IMG/VR virus record: IMGVR_UViG_3300028914_000064
Location: 1 to 64,000 of that record
Direction: 5' to 3' (one strand)
Source of the DNA: a virus
Lineage: Duplodnaviria; Caudoviricetes
DNA length: 64,000 nt
Part shown: piece after piece, positions 9,601 to 18,452 of the stretch
Numbering within the stretch: the stretch's first letter is position 1
Layout: each line of letters opens with the position of its first letter
Notes under the pieces: model-generated
The model's input: the letters and a program-made list of their open reading frames with translations, nothing else
What the model was told of the DNA's origin: nothing
Databases searched by the model: none
Position numbers and translations under genes: made by a program

Positions 9601-12600
9601 AAGATGCTTTTGATACTCTTCTTACTGAGCATGTGAATCAAAAAATCGCCTTAAAGAAAATAAACGATGAAAATAAGGATATGATTCGCACTCAGATTGA
9701 GATGGAAGGTGTTACTCATGAAAGTGCTCAAAGATTTGTTGAATATAAGTTAGAAGAAGCAAAAGCTGCAGAGTATGCTTTAGAAAAAGAATCAGAGTTT
9801 CAAGCAAAGTTACAAGAAACTGCACGAATAGCTACACTTTCTCGCGATCAAGTTGAGAAATCGTTAAAAGAGTTCGAACAAGGTGGTGAAGTAAATCTTA
9901 CTCTTCGTCCAAAGGTTGATACTTCTTTGTTGGAAGAAGCTGGTTGGACTGATGCTGGTAATGGAATAGCGACATTGTTTACAAGCACCTTTTCTAATGA
10001 AACTGAAGATGTCGCTATAAATTTCACTCCTATCTTAGCAGATGAGAATGGAAAATTAGATAGAATCCTTTCTCCAGAAGCTCTTCAAAAATATGCTGAA
10101 GAAGTAATTGCCGGAGTTCATGAAGATGATTTGCATCTTCAGATCGGAGCAAAATTCACAGGTGAAGATGCTATTGAACAAGCTGAACAAGCTGCTCAAA
10201 AAATACATCAGCTTCAAGCTATATATTATGATCAAATGGGAGATGATCAATTTGCAGCATTTATTGAAGAAGATGTTTATGCTTTGATGGATGAAGCCGA
10301 ACAATTAGGAATTAACACTACTGCTTTAGCTGCATATAAAGCAGAAAAGTTTGCAACTGGGGAACATCCAATAAGTACTGCTTTAGATCGAGCTGAATTA
10401 TTAGCCCTCGTTCAAATGCTTCAAATTACTGAAGATGAAATGATCACATTGAGAAAGTGTATTGATCTTTTGAATGGCGGCGAGATAATGTCTGAAGAAC
10501 GACGTAATACTATAATACATCGTATTCAAGAGATTACTGCTGAATCAATACAGAAAGCAACCAATGTTAAGGTCAATTATGATTATGGCAAAGCAGCAAA
10601 AGGTGCGTCTAAAGGTGGTAAAGAAGCTGGAGATGCTTATGTTGAAGCTTATGAGAAAGAATTAAAGAAATTAGAAGATCTCAGGGATAGAGGTCTTATT
10701 TCTGAAAAAGAATATCTTAATCGTTTAAAGCCTCTTATTGATAAGTACTTTAAGGACAGAGCAAAGTATGCTGAGAAATATGCTGAAGAACTCAAAAAGT
10801 ATATGGATCAGATGCTGAGCTATTATAATTCTGTAATCTCAGGTGTTACTACTCTTTTGGATAAGAGGATAAATGCTCTTCAAAAGAACAAAGAGACTAC
10901 AATAGATGCTTTAAATAAAGAAAAAGATGCCGCTCAGGAACGTTATCAGGCTGAGATTGATGGAATTCAGGATGAACTTGATGCTTTGGAGGATCGTCAG
11001 GATGCACTTGATGACCAGCAAAAAGCCCTTGATGAACAGATTGATGCATTAAATGAGCAGATTGGTGGAATTGATAAGGAAATCGATAGATATCATGACA
11101 TGATAGATGCCATCAATGAAGCTAATGATGCAAGGCAAAGAGAGATCAATCTTCAGAAGGCACAATATGAACTTGAAAGAGCTCAGAATCAGCGAACCAA
11201 ATTGGTATATACCGGTGAAGTCGGTCAGATGCGTTATGAGAGGGATGAATCTACTGTTCGTGATACTCAGGAAAACGTAAGGCAGGCAAAAGACCAAATT
11301 GCTATTGCTGCTCTTGAAAAGAAGATAGATCTTCTTGAGAAAGAAAAAGAGCGTATCGAGGAAGAGATAGATGTCATTGAGAAACAAAAAGATGCGATTG
11401 ATAAGCAAAAAGATGCTTTAAATGAACAGTCAAAGGATCTTCAGAAACAACAGGAAGAAGTTCAGAAAGCAATGGAATCTTCTTCAAAGTATTATGAAAA
11501 GCTTATAAAAAAGCAGGAAGAATTCTTTGATGCTCAGATTGCTGCTCTTGAGAAGACCAAGACAAAATGGGAAGAACTTGCTGAGATAGATGAGATATCA
11601 AAAGCATGGGGTCTTGTCTCTGATGAGATGACTTCTCTTGGATTTACTGTTGAAGATGTTCTTAATGATGTTCCCGGTGCTTTTGATGCATTTAAAGAAC
11701 AGTATATTGCCGTTCTTCAGGAGATGCATAAAGGAGATCAGGGATATCTTGACGGTCTTAAAGAAAATGCATCTGCTATCCCAACAGAATATGGCAAGGT
11801 AACTCAGTCTGTTACGGAAGCTAAAGGGCCTATTGATAACCTCTCCTCTTCTGTTTCAACTGCATCATCCAATGTATCGACTCTTGGAACTTCTGCATCA
11901 ACTGCATCTACAAGTGTAAATAACTTAAAGACTGCTTCTCAGGGAATTGCTGAAAATTTTGAAGCATTAAATGAGGTTTCATCGCTTGAAAATCTAAATG
12001 ATGCTCTTAAACTTGTAGAAGAATCTCTTATAAATATCAAAACCCTCATCGGAGGTATGGGAGATCCTGGTACCGGTTCTATTTATGGTGCGATCGGTGC
12101 TTTAAATACATTGACACTTGATAATCTAAAGTCTGCATTTGAAGAACTTGCAGGAGCTGTAGGTGGCGTTATCTCTGCTCTTACGGGAAGTATAGTTGGA
12201 AGTTCTGGTGGAAGTACTACTCTGTTTAAGAAGTATACTACTAATACAACTGCTGCAAGTATGACAGGTGGTGGACTTATTAGTGGAATACAAGCAGTAA
12301 AAGATAAGACTGATGACGTGATCGGAACAAGTGCTGAAGAAGACGGTGCTAATGCTATTGGCTCATTTAGAGAACTATTAAAAGCGATTGAAAATGTTGT
12401 AGACCAGATTGGAGTAGATAAAGAAAAGAAGGGTACGCTACTTTATTCTATAGGCCTTATTTCAAAGGTAACTCAGAATGAGATAAATGGTAGTGGTGGT
12501 GCGATAAGTGCATTTAATGATCTTGAGTCAAAGATTGGAAGTGTAAAAAATGCTGCTAATGCTCTTTTATCTGTGCTTAATGATATATCTTCTGTAGAAC

Positions 12601-13181
12601 TTCCAGATCCAGGTTCGCATATGTCAAGCTCTGGAAATCAGCATGGTGGTTCTTCTGGTTCATGGGGAAAATCAAAGGCTCAGGGTGATCCTAATGTAAA
12701 AACAAATGGAAGAAGTCTTGTTGGAGAACTTGGTCCGGAAGTTGTTGTTCGTGGAGATAAATACAAAGTTGTCGGAGTTAATGGTCCAGAATTTGTTAAT
12801 CTTAAAAAAGGAGATATTGTCCTTAACAGTAAAGATACAGAAGAGCTTTTTGATAAAAAGGATCTTCATGGTAAGGCATTTGCTGAAGGAAGTAAGTTTA
12901 CTCCATTCGATCTAAGTGATTCTTATAAAGGACTGCTTGACAAAGTAAAGACCATGGACTTCCCTACAATGCGTGAGATAAAGTCTTCTATCGATAATCT
13001 TACAAGGACTGTGCAGTCAGAGATTCAGAATGTCACAACGACAAGAACCAAAGTTACTCAGAACAATACTTTCAATATAAGTGGAGTTACGGGTGAAGAA
13101 GTTGCCGAGAAGATAAATAATACCCTTGTAAAGACATTTTCAGGAATGAGCCTGAACGCATATCAAAGAAGCATGGCTTAA
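3675..13181 (+). CDS. Tail tape measure protein (3168 aa)
   Basis: TP901-type TMP core (VDTALTELRKVSD...ADWARLGYS...KTLSARIRG), long coiled coils, C-terminal LVGELGPEVVV motif. Confidence 0.9.
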   Translation: MRIMRKNEGNIIQIGFYSDVEGFIKEIRQKLSYVKDWGLKDSFKEEVDDLEKMLSNLSKSFSDGMSAKLDTKTFATFKKEMANEINEVVKRIETLEDTVQGLVLTFDSADGGKFKTYISSVSSDVNNLKTTIEYTVKAIEELKSVISRSDGKIQFADDRTTVLLNKELSELQEIKSLREQIASIIDDNKSGSTEISPNMKEAKEQVEDYGKKLEEAQKKLSKGLAGSVGGRKLTTLQYELAVVTEQIASLFQDAGGKYGDKVKDVFSSKIREMMYNAEGEVLTFEERTQKRIEKVREGLNQLGNPSALSMDKARTTLFAPLDISTSSKDIIDKAIKIINKAQKEIDNNPLKIEFVLSSKYSSRKTNSLLSEWQKQIDNIEDDELREKFKGLYETIAKDFKKEIKFTVTPDINNAEAKVNKLIADIKKKVESKIHLQFEIKEADLRKIQGNLDKLTSNLKVNLSDLNIVEVTDSIKEATESLQKMLGVFSKEDLDSIFERMRTSIEGINGSLRGGDKNELVSQLKEILVLYKQYKDMGGTNTLTDLGGAKNVQNWLSKHADDEIQTSNSFVSEGKNGIQGYAEGIREGIPEVVKATEELVKAALKTLQKAQESYSLIGKNSIKEYVKEFEKATDELKRVASKLSDDTIKSSSISQQKKKASTQKTKKKADNALVSDSQPLISKNVSKEIEKAATAIEKEGKSASTAKKKKEDFAKANEKVAKASKKTAEETKSATEAIEAEQKKAEKAREAALQYEQRTRRANDQKVGNDREAALQYEQRTRRANTQKEEKEREAALQYEQKVQKAYTQKIDKERESALQYEQRTRMANAQKEETDREAVLQYEQKTRRANAQKEEKEREAALQYEQKTRRANIQQEEKDREAALQYEQKVQRAYAQKLEKEREATLQYEQKTRRANAQKEEKERETILQYEQKVQKAYAQKTEKEREAALQYEQKARMANAQKAEKESEQVLRETQKINRANAAIKTDMLNSILKDLKGSKFNKTFISPFQDQITQLREQVKHLLSLDDVDYDSIKKLQTELERLKDSVSDKDTLRTLTKAETTAVTNLQRKISNFLKQNSAMSQEFKDELIDLLKTLSNAGGITEDTFRKVAERFNLIDSIISAIDKKGLSFGAHFFKMLKSANAQFLATYFSFQDLVRYLREGLQIIVEVDTALTELRKVSDATDKRLSQSFRESAKTAKELGDTISNVIGVTADWARLGYSVDDAEKLAKVTTLFMTVGDNMTSEDSSSYLISTLKGFGKAADEAEDIVDVYNEVANNWAIDTAGIGEALQRSAASFYAANTDLEKAVALITATNTVIQDPSSVGTLWKTLSARIRGAKTELQELDEEEDEFTETTSKLRDLVMGLTGFDILESDLKTYKDIYEIILGIGEKWQDLSDIEQASLAEALAGKRNSNALLAVLNNLDTLQGAYKSALEAEGSARKEQENYARSVQYSIDVLKAASQEFWTTLINSDGAKFIIDFLTKVVEFLTEITRITHGSLALGGGILLVLFGKDPEGFANNFIKLLDSLGKDLKFITLEMDSMGRVTKRTVDTFKALQLSIKAVIAILVIAAAIKAWQHFNVTVEETQTEIDELTQKIKGIKDEISELENIESKTDNQKERLSYLRSELEIKEKLLKIEERRKAAESVTSKNDSWVKKFTDSFDKDNYTTYLENFKEDKRVKANDMNPGDLAQVEETFQPNLDIKADSELYQELTEKVKGYENQLASLTKGSKEYNRVNSDLTKTSAKRDEIESSIINNYEKEYEDYLLLTQKLNEIKEIREGLSKDDPLQGTYIELEKGYEEYIEKERDFLVKVRELLGKDTSDLTIDKRLNEANSKIAKGNKKELAKLEEEVKYFSLEEKEAWIIATEGAKDAAEALKMYEEYLLEVQEAAENGVATKFDQAKFSEQVNKLDALQSAYNTFVENVENGESKINLDISDIDALREDFGSLESFDEFELKVTADTSGVDEIQDAFDTLLTEHVNQKIALKKINDENKDMIRTQIEMEGVTHESAQRFVEYKLEEAKAAEYALEKESEFQAKLQETARIATLSRDQVEKSLKEFEQGGEVNLTLRPKVDTSLLEEAGWTDAGNGIATLFTSTFSNETEDVAINFTPILADENGKLDRILSPEALQKYAEEVIAGVHEDDLHLQIGAKFTGEDAIEQAEQAAQKIHQLQAIYYDQMGDDQFAAFIEEDVYALMDEAEQLGINTTALAAYKAEKFATGEHPISTALDRAELLALVQMLQITEDEMITLRKCIDLLNGGEIMSEERRNTIIHRIQEITAESIQKATNVKVNYDYGKAAKGASKGGKEAGDAYVEAYEKELKKLEDLRDRGLISEKEYLNRLKPLIDKYFKDRAKYAEKYAEELKKYMDQMLSYYNSVISGVTTLLDKRINALQKNKETTIDALNKEKDAAQERYQAEIDGIQDELDALEDRQDALDDQQKALDEQIDALNEQIGGIDKEIDRYHDMIDAINEANDARQREINLQKAQYELERAQNQRTKLVYTGEVGQMRYERDESTVRDTQENVRQAKDQIAIAALEKKIDLLEKEKERIEEEIDVIEKQKDAIDKQKDALNEQSKDLQKQQEEVQKAMESSSKYYEKLIKKQEEFFDAQIAALEKTKTKWEELAEIDEISKAWGLVSDEMTSLGFTVEDVLNDVPGAFDAFKEQYIAVLQEMHKGDQGYLDGLKENASAIPTEYGKVTQSVTEAKGPIDNLSSSVSTASSNVSTLGTSASTASTSVNNLKTASQGIAENFEALNEVSSLENLNDALKLVEESLINIKTLIGGMGDPGTGSIYGAIGALNTLTLDNLKSAFEELAGAVGGVISALTGSIVGSSGGSTTLFKKYTTNTTAASMTGGGLISGIQAVKDKTDDVIGTSAEEDGANAIGSFRELLKAIENVVDQIGVDKEKKGTLLYSIGLISKVTQNEINGSGGAISAFNDLESKIGSVKNAANALLSVLNDISSVELPDPGSHMSSSGNQHGGSSGSWGKSKAQGDPNVKTNGRSLVGELGPEVVVRGDKYKVVGVNGPEFVNLKKGDIVLNSKDTEELFDKKDLHGKAFAEGSKFTPFDLSDSYKGLLDKVKTMDFPTMREIKSSIDNLTRTVQSEIQNVTTTRTKVTQNNTFNISGVTGEEVAEKINNTLVKTFSGMSLNAYQRSMA
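5916..6640 (+). repeat. 66-bp (22-aa) tandem coding repeat inside the TMP
   Basis: 10 copies of about REAALQYEQKTRRANAQKEEKE plus one degenerate copy. Confidence 0.9.
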
Positions 13182-13329
13182 GTATGTTCACATATCTTTT
13201 TAGATTCTCATTAAAAGTTTAAATTTTCCAAAGAATCTAAAATGGAATCTAAAAATGATTTGAGTTATTGCTTTACTTTATGGTCAATAAATTGACATAT
13301 TGCAATTCTAAAGATATGTGTTATTATAT

Positions 13330-13660
13330 CTGAAGAAAGATGCTACCGATAGACGGTTAGTTCTAACATCAAAGTTACATATCAAAAAAGACCGTTTCTA
13401 CTTTGCGAGAGTGTTCAGCGGTCTTTTTTGATGGAAAAATTTATTTCTTGAACTTCAAGATGACAGCGATAATAAGGATTATAGTTCCTATTATTGCTAA
13501 GTCCATGCTTAAAGTAATAAGCAATAATCTTAACATCTAAGCTCCATATCAGATTTCCCATAAAAACACCTCCTTTTAAGTAAGGGAGTTCTCAGGTCTT
13601 ACCTGGCAAAGAGCCAACCGCCTACCGCTTTTGGTAGCATCCTTGGTATTTTATCATACC
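13330..13660. other. Type I toxin-antitoxin-like locus 1
   Basis: Minus-strand hydrophobic peptide MLRLLLITLSMDLAIIGTIILIIAVILKFKK (13441-13536); bidirectional terminator AAAAAAGACCG...CGGTCTTTTTT; complementary ends GATGCTACC/GGTAGCATC; convergent promoter-like motifs. Confidence 0.6.
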
Positions 13661-13700
13661 TAAAGCTTAAATCCAATGTTTTTATGGAATCTTATTTGAT

Positions 13701-15092
13701 TTAACAAGCCGTGAGCAAGAAATCCCCCACCTCTAAGCGTAGCGTAGGTGGCGGGATGAATTGCTGTATACACGGCGCTTTTCTTTTGCTTTTAGAACGC
13801 CTGTTTGGTATACTGTTGGTATGAACAAGGCGATCAAGTACAGGTTATATCCCACAACTGAACAGGCTGTCATGTTTCTCAAGACCTTCGGCTGTTGTCG
13901 CAAGGTCTATAATCTTATGCTCTCTGACAAGATCGAGAGCTATAAGTCTACCGGCAAATTTGCTGCTGTGACTCCTGCAAGGTATAAGAAAGAATATCCA
14001 TACCTCAAAGAGGTAGACAGCCTTGCTCTTGCCAATGTGCAGCTTGATCTACAGGAAGCATTCGGGAATTGCTTCAGTAAGTCCCGTAAAACAAACAATG
14101 GCTTTCCAAAGTTCAAGTCTGCAAAGCGCAGCCGCAAGTCCTATACTACCAACTGCCAGTATCCAAAACCGTCAAACAAGCTAAAACAGCCCACGATCCG
14201 TATTTATGATAAAAGCATTGTCCTTCCCAAGGTTGGCTGTGTTAAAGCGGTCATTCACCGCAAACCTTCGGATGGTTGGATGCTTAAATCCGCTACGATT
14301 TCCATGGATTGTGATGGTAAGTTTTTCGCTTCATGCCTGTTTGAATACGAAGCGCTTATTGCCCTCAATAGTTCTACTGATAAAGTCTTAGGTCTTGACT
14401 ATAAATCAGACGGCCTTTACATGGACTCTGATGGCAATATTGGTTCTAACCACAAATACTATCGTGAGAGCCATGATAAACTTGCCAAAGCACAGCGTAA
14501 GTTAAAAAATAAGACCATTGGGAGTAATAACTATCGCAAACAACAGCTTAGGATAAACCGCATCCATAAACATATAGCCAATCAGCGTCTTGAAAATCTC
14601 CACACACTTTCTACCGAGATAGCCAATCGTGTAGATGTGGTATGCGTGGAGTCTCTTAACATGCGCTCAATGTCCAATAAAGGTTTTAGAAATGGCAAGG
14701 CTACAATGGATAACGGCTATGGCATGTTCCTTAACATGCTTGAGTATAAACTTGCTGACAGAGGTAAACGTTTCATCAAAGTTGATAAATGGTTTCCGTC
14801 AACGCAGCTTTGCAGTTGTTGTGGCAGCCGTAAAAAGCTTGCTCTTAATGAACGTATCTACAAATGCAGTTGTGGTCTTACCATTGACCGAGACCTTAAT
14901 GCTGCCATCAACATCAGAAATGAAGGCTTACGCATCCTGCAAAGTGCGTGAGCATCATATATGGTAGGCTAGGAACTAGCCGAACCCAAAGCCTGCGGAC
15001 ACTGTGTAAGACGCATCGTTACATTTCCTTGTAGCCTGCGCAGTGGTGGTTGAAACAGGAAGCTCCGACTTCTATAAGTCGGAGTAGTTCAC
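13701..15092 (+). mobile_element. IS200/IS605-family tnpB-only (IS1341-like) element
   Basis: TTGAT immediately 5'; left-end hairpin (CCACCT...AGGTGG); right-end hairpin CTCCGACTT-CTAT-AAGTCGGAG ending TTCAC; GC higher than flanks. Confidence 0.8.
13821..14951 (+). CDS. tnpB: TnpB RNA-guided endonuclease, catalytically intact
   Basis: MNKAIKYRLYP start; RuvC GLDY, VESL and DRDLNAAINI; zinc finger CSCCG...CSCG. Confidence 0.92.
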   Translation: MNKAIKYRLYPTTEQAVMFLKTFGCCRKVYNLMLSDKIESYKSTGKFAAVTPARYKKEYPYLKEVDSLALANVQLDLQEAFGNCFSKSRKTNNGFPKFKSAKRSRKSYTTNCQYPKPSNKLKQPTIRIYDKSIVLPKVGCVKAVIHRKPSDGWMLKSATISMDCDGKFFASCLFEYEALIALNSSTDKVLGLDYKSDGLYMDSDGNIGSNHKYYRESHDKLAKAQRKLKNKTIGSNNYRKQQLRINRIHKHIANQRLENLHTLSTEIANRVDVVCVESLNMRSMSNKGFRNGKATMDNGYGMFLNMLEYKLADRGKRFIKVDKWFPSTQLCSCCGSRKKLALNERIYKCSCGLTIDRDLNAAINIRNEGLRILQSA

Positions 15093-15243
15093 TTTCTAGT
15101 TACTATGGTTTTGTTTATAACGTATTATATGGGACTGCCACTGTTAAAGGTGGCAGTCTTTTTCTCGTATGTGCCTCATACGACTTTTTTCATTGTGTCT
15201 TTGGTGGTGCAAATATTTTGCACCACCGCCCTAAAAAATAATA

Positions 15244-15501
15244 GTGGAGGAAAGATTAGTGAATGTACAAGAAGAGATTTTTAAATCGATAGAGAATCTG
15301 GCAAAGCCAAACTCTCCTGTCTTTATGGATTTTCCTACTGTTATTTTCGAAGTGGGGAAAGATGCATACAAAGTAAAGATAAATGGAATAGAACGCATGG
15401 CAAAAAATGGTACGGGACTTGAATTTAAAGTCGGAGATGCTGTGTGGTGTCACGCAATGAATGGAAATATCGGACAATTATATATCATTTGTAGGAGGTG
15501 A
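15244..15501 (+). CDS. Small tail/baseplate-region protein
   Basis: OB-like beta pattern (FKVGDAVW); first gene of the tail block. Confidence 0.55.
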   Translation: MEERLVNVQEEIFKSIENLAKPNSPVFMDFPTVIFEVGKDAYKVKINGIERMAKNGTGLEFKVGDAVWCHAMNGNIGQLYIICRR

Positions 15502-15506
15502 AGTAA

Positions 15507-17483
15507 ATGGCAAAACCAATAATAAAGACAATAACTCCATTCGATGCTTCATCTTCTTACAGGGTTAATTTTATATGGACGGGAAATATGGCATATACAA
15601 ACCGTATTATCATATATGATGCGGATACAATGCTTGCCATGTATGATAATACTTATGAGCCCGTTCATAGCCTTTTGTATCATGATATACCGGCTGGAGT
15701 ATTATTAAATAGCAGGAAATATGCTGTAGTTATTTCAGTTACTGATGTTGTTGGAGTTGTAAGTGAGTTTTCTGATAAATATTATTTTTGGTGCATGAAG
15801 AGCCCATCTTTTTATTTTGAGAATCTTGATGCCACCGGACAAAATTATATTTATAACTCGGTATATGAAGCGACTCTTCATTATTCTCAGGATGATGACG
15901 TTCCTCTTTCAAAATTTAGGTTCTTTTTATATGACTCGACAAAAGAATTACTTGATAAGAGTGATGAGATAACATATAGCGATGAAGATTCATTGAGGTA
16001 TACATTCAGGTCTCTTGAAACAAATACTGTATATTATATAAGGGCAAGTGGATATAATGCAAGGAATGTCCCCGTAGATACTGGGGATGTTCTTCTTATA
16101 GTAACATATGAGAATCCTTCTTTATATGCTACTTTTTATGCAAATGTAAATAAGACTATCGGAGTAGTTGATTATTACTCAAATATTGTTGATATAGAAT
16201 CAGACAGACCAAGTGAAGAATATACTTTTGAAAATAGTTATATAGATCTTACGGGTTCTGATCCTAATAAGGTAATGATCATTACAGAATCGAATTCTCT
16301 GTATCCGGATATGGAAGTCACATGGATAAGTTTAAGTGGTGAGATCTTGACAGGTCATGTATTGGACGGCCCAACATTTGAGATACATGATTATAAAGAA
16401 GTCAAGCAGATAACATTAAGTGGAGAATCTGTTCTTACTTCAAAGCCCGTGATAAGTTTGAATAATTATAGGAAAGGCCGCTATGTATATGTTGACCGTT
16501 GTAATCTTACGATTGATAATACATTGATAACAAATATATTAGATTCGTATCCGATTCGAAGGCTTCCAGGTAATAACATGTGTGACAGTGTTACCATCAT
16601 GCAAAACGGAAACAGAGTCCTTCACAGAAGGATTGAAGAAACTGTAATAAATGAGCGTACAGCTCCTGTATCTACCGGTGTTACCAGAAATAATTATGGT
16701 AGGGATATGTTTACTGTTTATTATGATGTGGGAACTACTTGTATATATGGAACAGAAAATCTTATGTGTGATGCTCTTCCTACTACCGGAGATACTTCAA
16801 GAGTTGAGATAATGCCCGATAATACTCTTGCTATCATGTGGGATTATACTGAACTTCCGGTAACAGATTATGTGTCTGCGATGCAATGGCTTGCTCTGCA
16901 TCCTGTTTCAGTTTTATTCCCTCTTGCAGAGCCGATGACTATATATCTAAGTAATGTTACTCTTCCAAAACTTGCAAATGTAAATAGTGTAAGATATTCT
17001 AAGAACTTCGTTATCCCTGCTGATAATGCGACGTTTTCAATAAGGATGGTAGAATGCTTTAAAACATGTGAGGTTCTTAGGGTTCAGACAGAGGGTGTTG
17101 ATGTATTTGTTGTAGATTCAATTATCTATGATGATGATTATTTAAGATATAAGCTGACTGTATTTGGCCCAACAAGTAATTATATTATCTATTCAGAACC
17201 GTTACAGTTCAGGAATTGGGAAAATGATATAGTTACCCTGCATGTCCGAAGGATAAACGGAATATATGATATGTATGTATTTGTAACTATTGAAGATCCA
17301 GATCCTGATAGAAACATATGGTTCATGATCAGTGACCCTCCGGAATATATGACTCAGAATACAGACTTGTGGCTTGATCTTGATTATCCTATACCTTATA
17401 TTGATAAGACACATGTTGTAAGGATTTATCAGCCAAATGAGCCTACGGGACTTAGTGTGCAGAGTATTTGGATTGGAGACTAA
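15507..17483 (+). CDS. Tail protein with FN3-like N-terminal domains
   Basis: FN3-like LETNTVYYIRASG motif; operon context. Confidence 0.65.
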   Translation: MAKPIIKTITPFDASSSYRVNFIWTGNMAYTNRIIIYDADTMLAMYDNTYEPVHSLLYHDIPAGVLLNSRKYAVVISVTDVVGVVSEFSDKYYFWCMKSPSFYFENLDATGQNYIYNSVYEATLHYSQDDDVPLSKFRFFLYDSTKELLDKSDEITYSDEDSLRYTFRSLETNTVYYIRASGYNARNVPVDTGDVLLIVTYENPSLYATFYANVNKTIGVVDYYSNIVDIESDRPSEEYTFENSYIDLTGSDPNKVMIITESNSLYPDMEVTWISLSGEILTGHVLDGPTFEIHDYKEVKQITLSGESVLTSKPVISLNNYRKGRYVYVDRCNLTIDNTLITNILDSYPIRRLPGNNMCDSVTIMQNGNRVLHRRIEETVINERTAPVSTGVTRNNYGRDMFTVYYDVGTTCIYGTENLMCDALPTTGDTSRVEIMPDNTLAIMWDYTELPVTDYVSAMQWLALHPVSVLFPLAEPMTIYLSNVTLPKLANVNSVRYSKNFVIPADNATFSIRMVECFKTCEVLRVQTEGVDVFVVDSIIYDDDYLRYKLTVFGPTSNYIIYSEPLQFRNWENDIVTLHVRRINGIYDMYVFVTIEDPDPDRNIWFMISDPPEYMTQNTDLWLDLDYPIPYIDKTHVVRIYQPNEPTGLSVQSIWIGD

Positions 17484-17498
17484 AGGGGAGGTGGCTTT

Positions 17499-18452
17499 AT
17501 GTTTTTTCTAGGTTTTAATTTTCTAGGAGCAGATGAGCTTGCTTGCCCTATCTCTCCTACTATTCAAAGTGATAATACTTCGGTTGAATTAAGCAGCGTA
17601 AAAGCAGATACCCTTGCTATAACAAGGGATGTGGAATTCACTCCGACGGAAACTGTAAATACGACGTGGGATTTTAGTACTATACTTATTGCCGGTTTTG
17701 ATGGAAATACTATCGCAGGAAATGTCAGTTGGGTTTTAGATAACATATCGCATGTGGTGATAAAAAGACGTGTTGTTGGAACTTATAGGTGGATGACTAT
17801 AGCTGTTAAAGAAGTTCATAGCGTAGAGGATCTTAATATCGGTGGAACTGATATAACGTGTGAATCCTTAGAGTATGAATATGCCGTTGTCCCGATGAAC
17901 AATTCTATTGAAGGTACGTATTCTACCTGTGTTGTTGATGTCACAAATGACGATCTTGTGGTTATTGATAATACTGGTATCTATCATACTCCTTTGACGG
18001 ATGGATATTGTGACGTTGTAGATGTTCATCCTAATTCCGTGCTTGAGCTCTTACACAATAAATATCCTACCGTGGTACGAAATACTATCGCTAATTATGA
18101 GACTATTACAGTTGAAGGTGATTTCCTGCCATATGATGATAAAGATTGTCTGAATCTGAATATTCTTAATGAAGATGATGATAATCATAATGATAGAAAG
18201 AGAATCCTTTACAGAAGAGAGATAAAGGATTTCCTTACAAACGGAAGAACAAAGATATTAAAGAATATAGATGGTCAGTGTTGGCTTGTCTATGTTACTA
18301 CCCCGCCTTCAGATACAGCTGATAATTTTTATAATATCAGAAAGCTCTCATTTGGCTGTACTGAGATAGGTGATCTAAAGAGTGAGCGCGACTTGTATTA
18401 TGCTGGATTACTTGACGTGCCTGAAGAATGGTGGACTAATAGTTATGAGTAG
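17499..18452 (+). CDS. Tail protein (distal-tail-like)
   Basis: FLTNGRTKILK motif; tail operon context. Confidence 0.6.
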   Translation: MFFLGFNFLGADELACPISPTIQSDNTSVELSSVKADTLAITRDVEFTPTETVNTTWDFSTILIAGFDGNTIAGNVSWVLDNISHVVIKRRVVGTYRWMTIAVKEVHSVEDLNIGGTDITCESLEYEYAVVPMNNSIEGTYSTCVVDVTNDDLVVIDNTGIYHTPLTDGYCDVVDVHPNSVLELLHNKYPTVVRNTIANYETITVEGDFLPYDDKDCLNLNILNEDDDNHNDRKRILYRREIKDFLTNGRTKILKNIDGQCWLVYVTTPPSDTADNFYNIRKLSFGCTEIGDLKSERDLYYAGLLDVPEEWWTNSYE

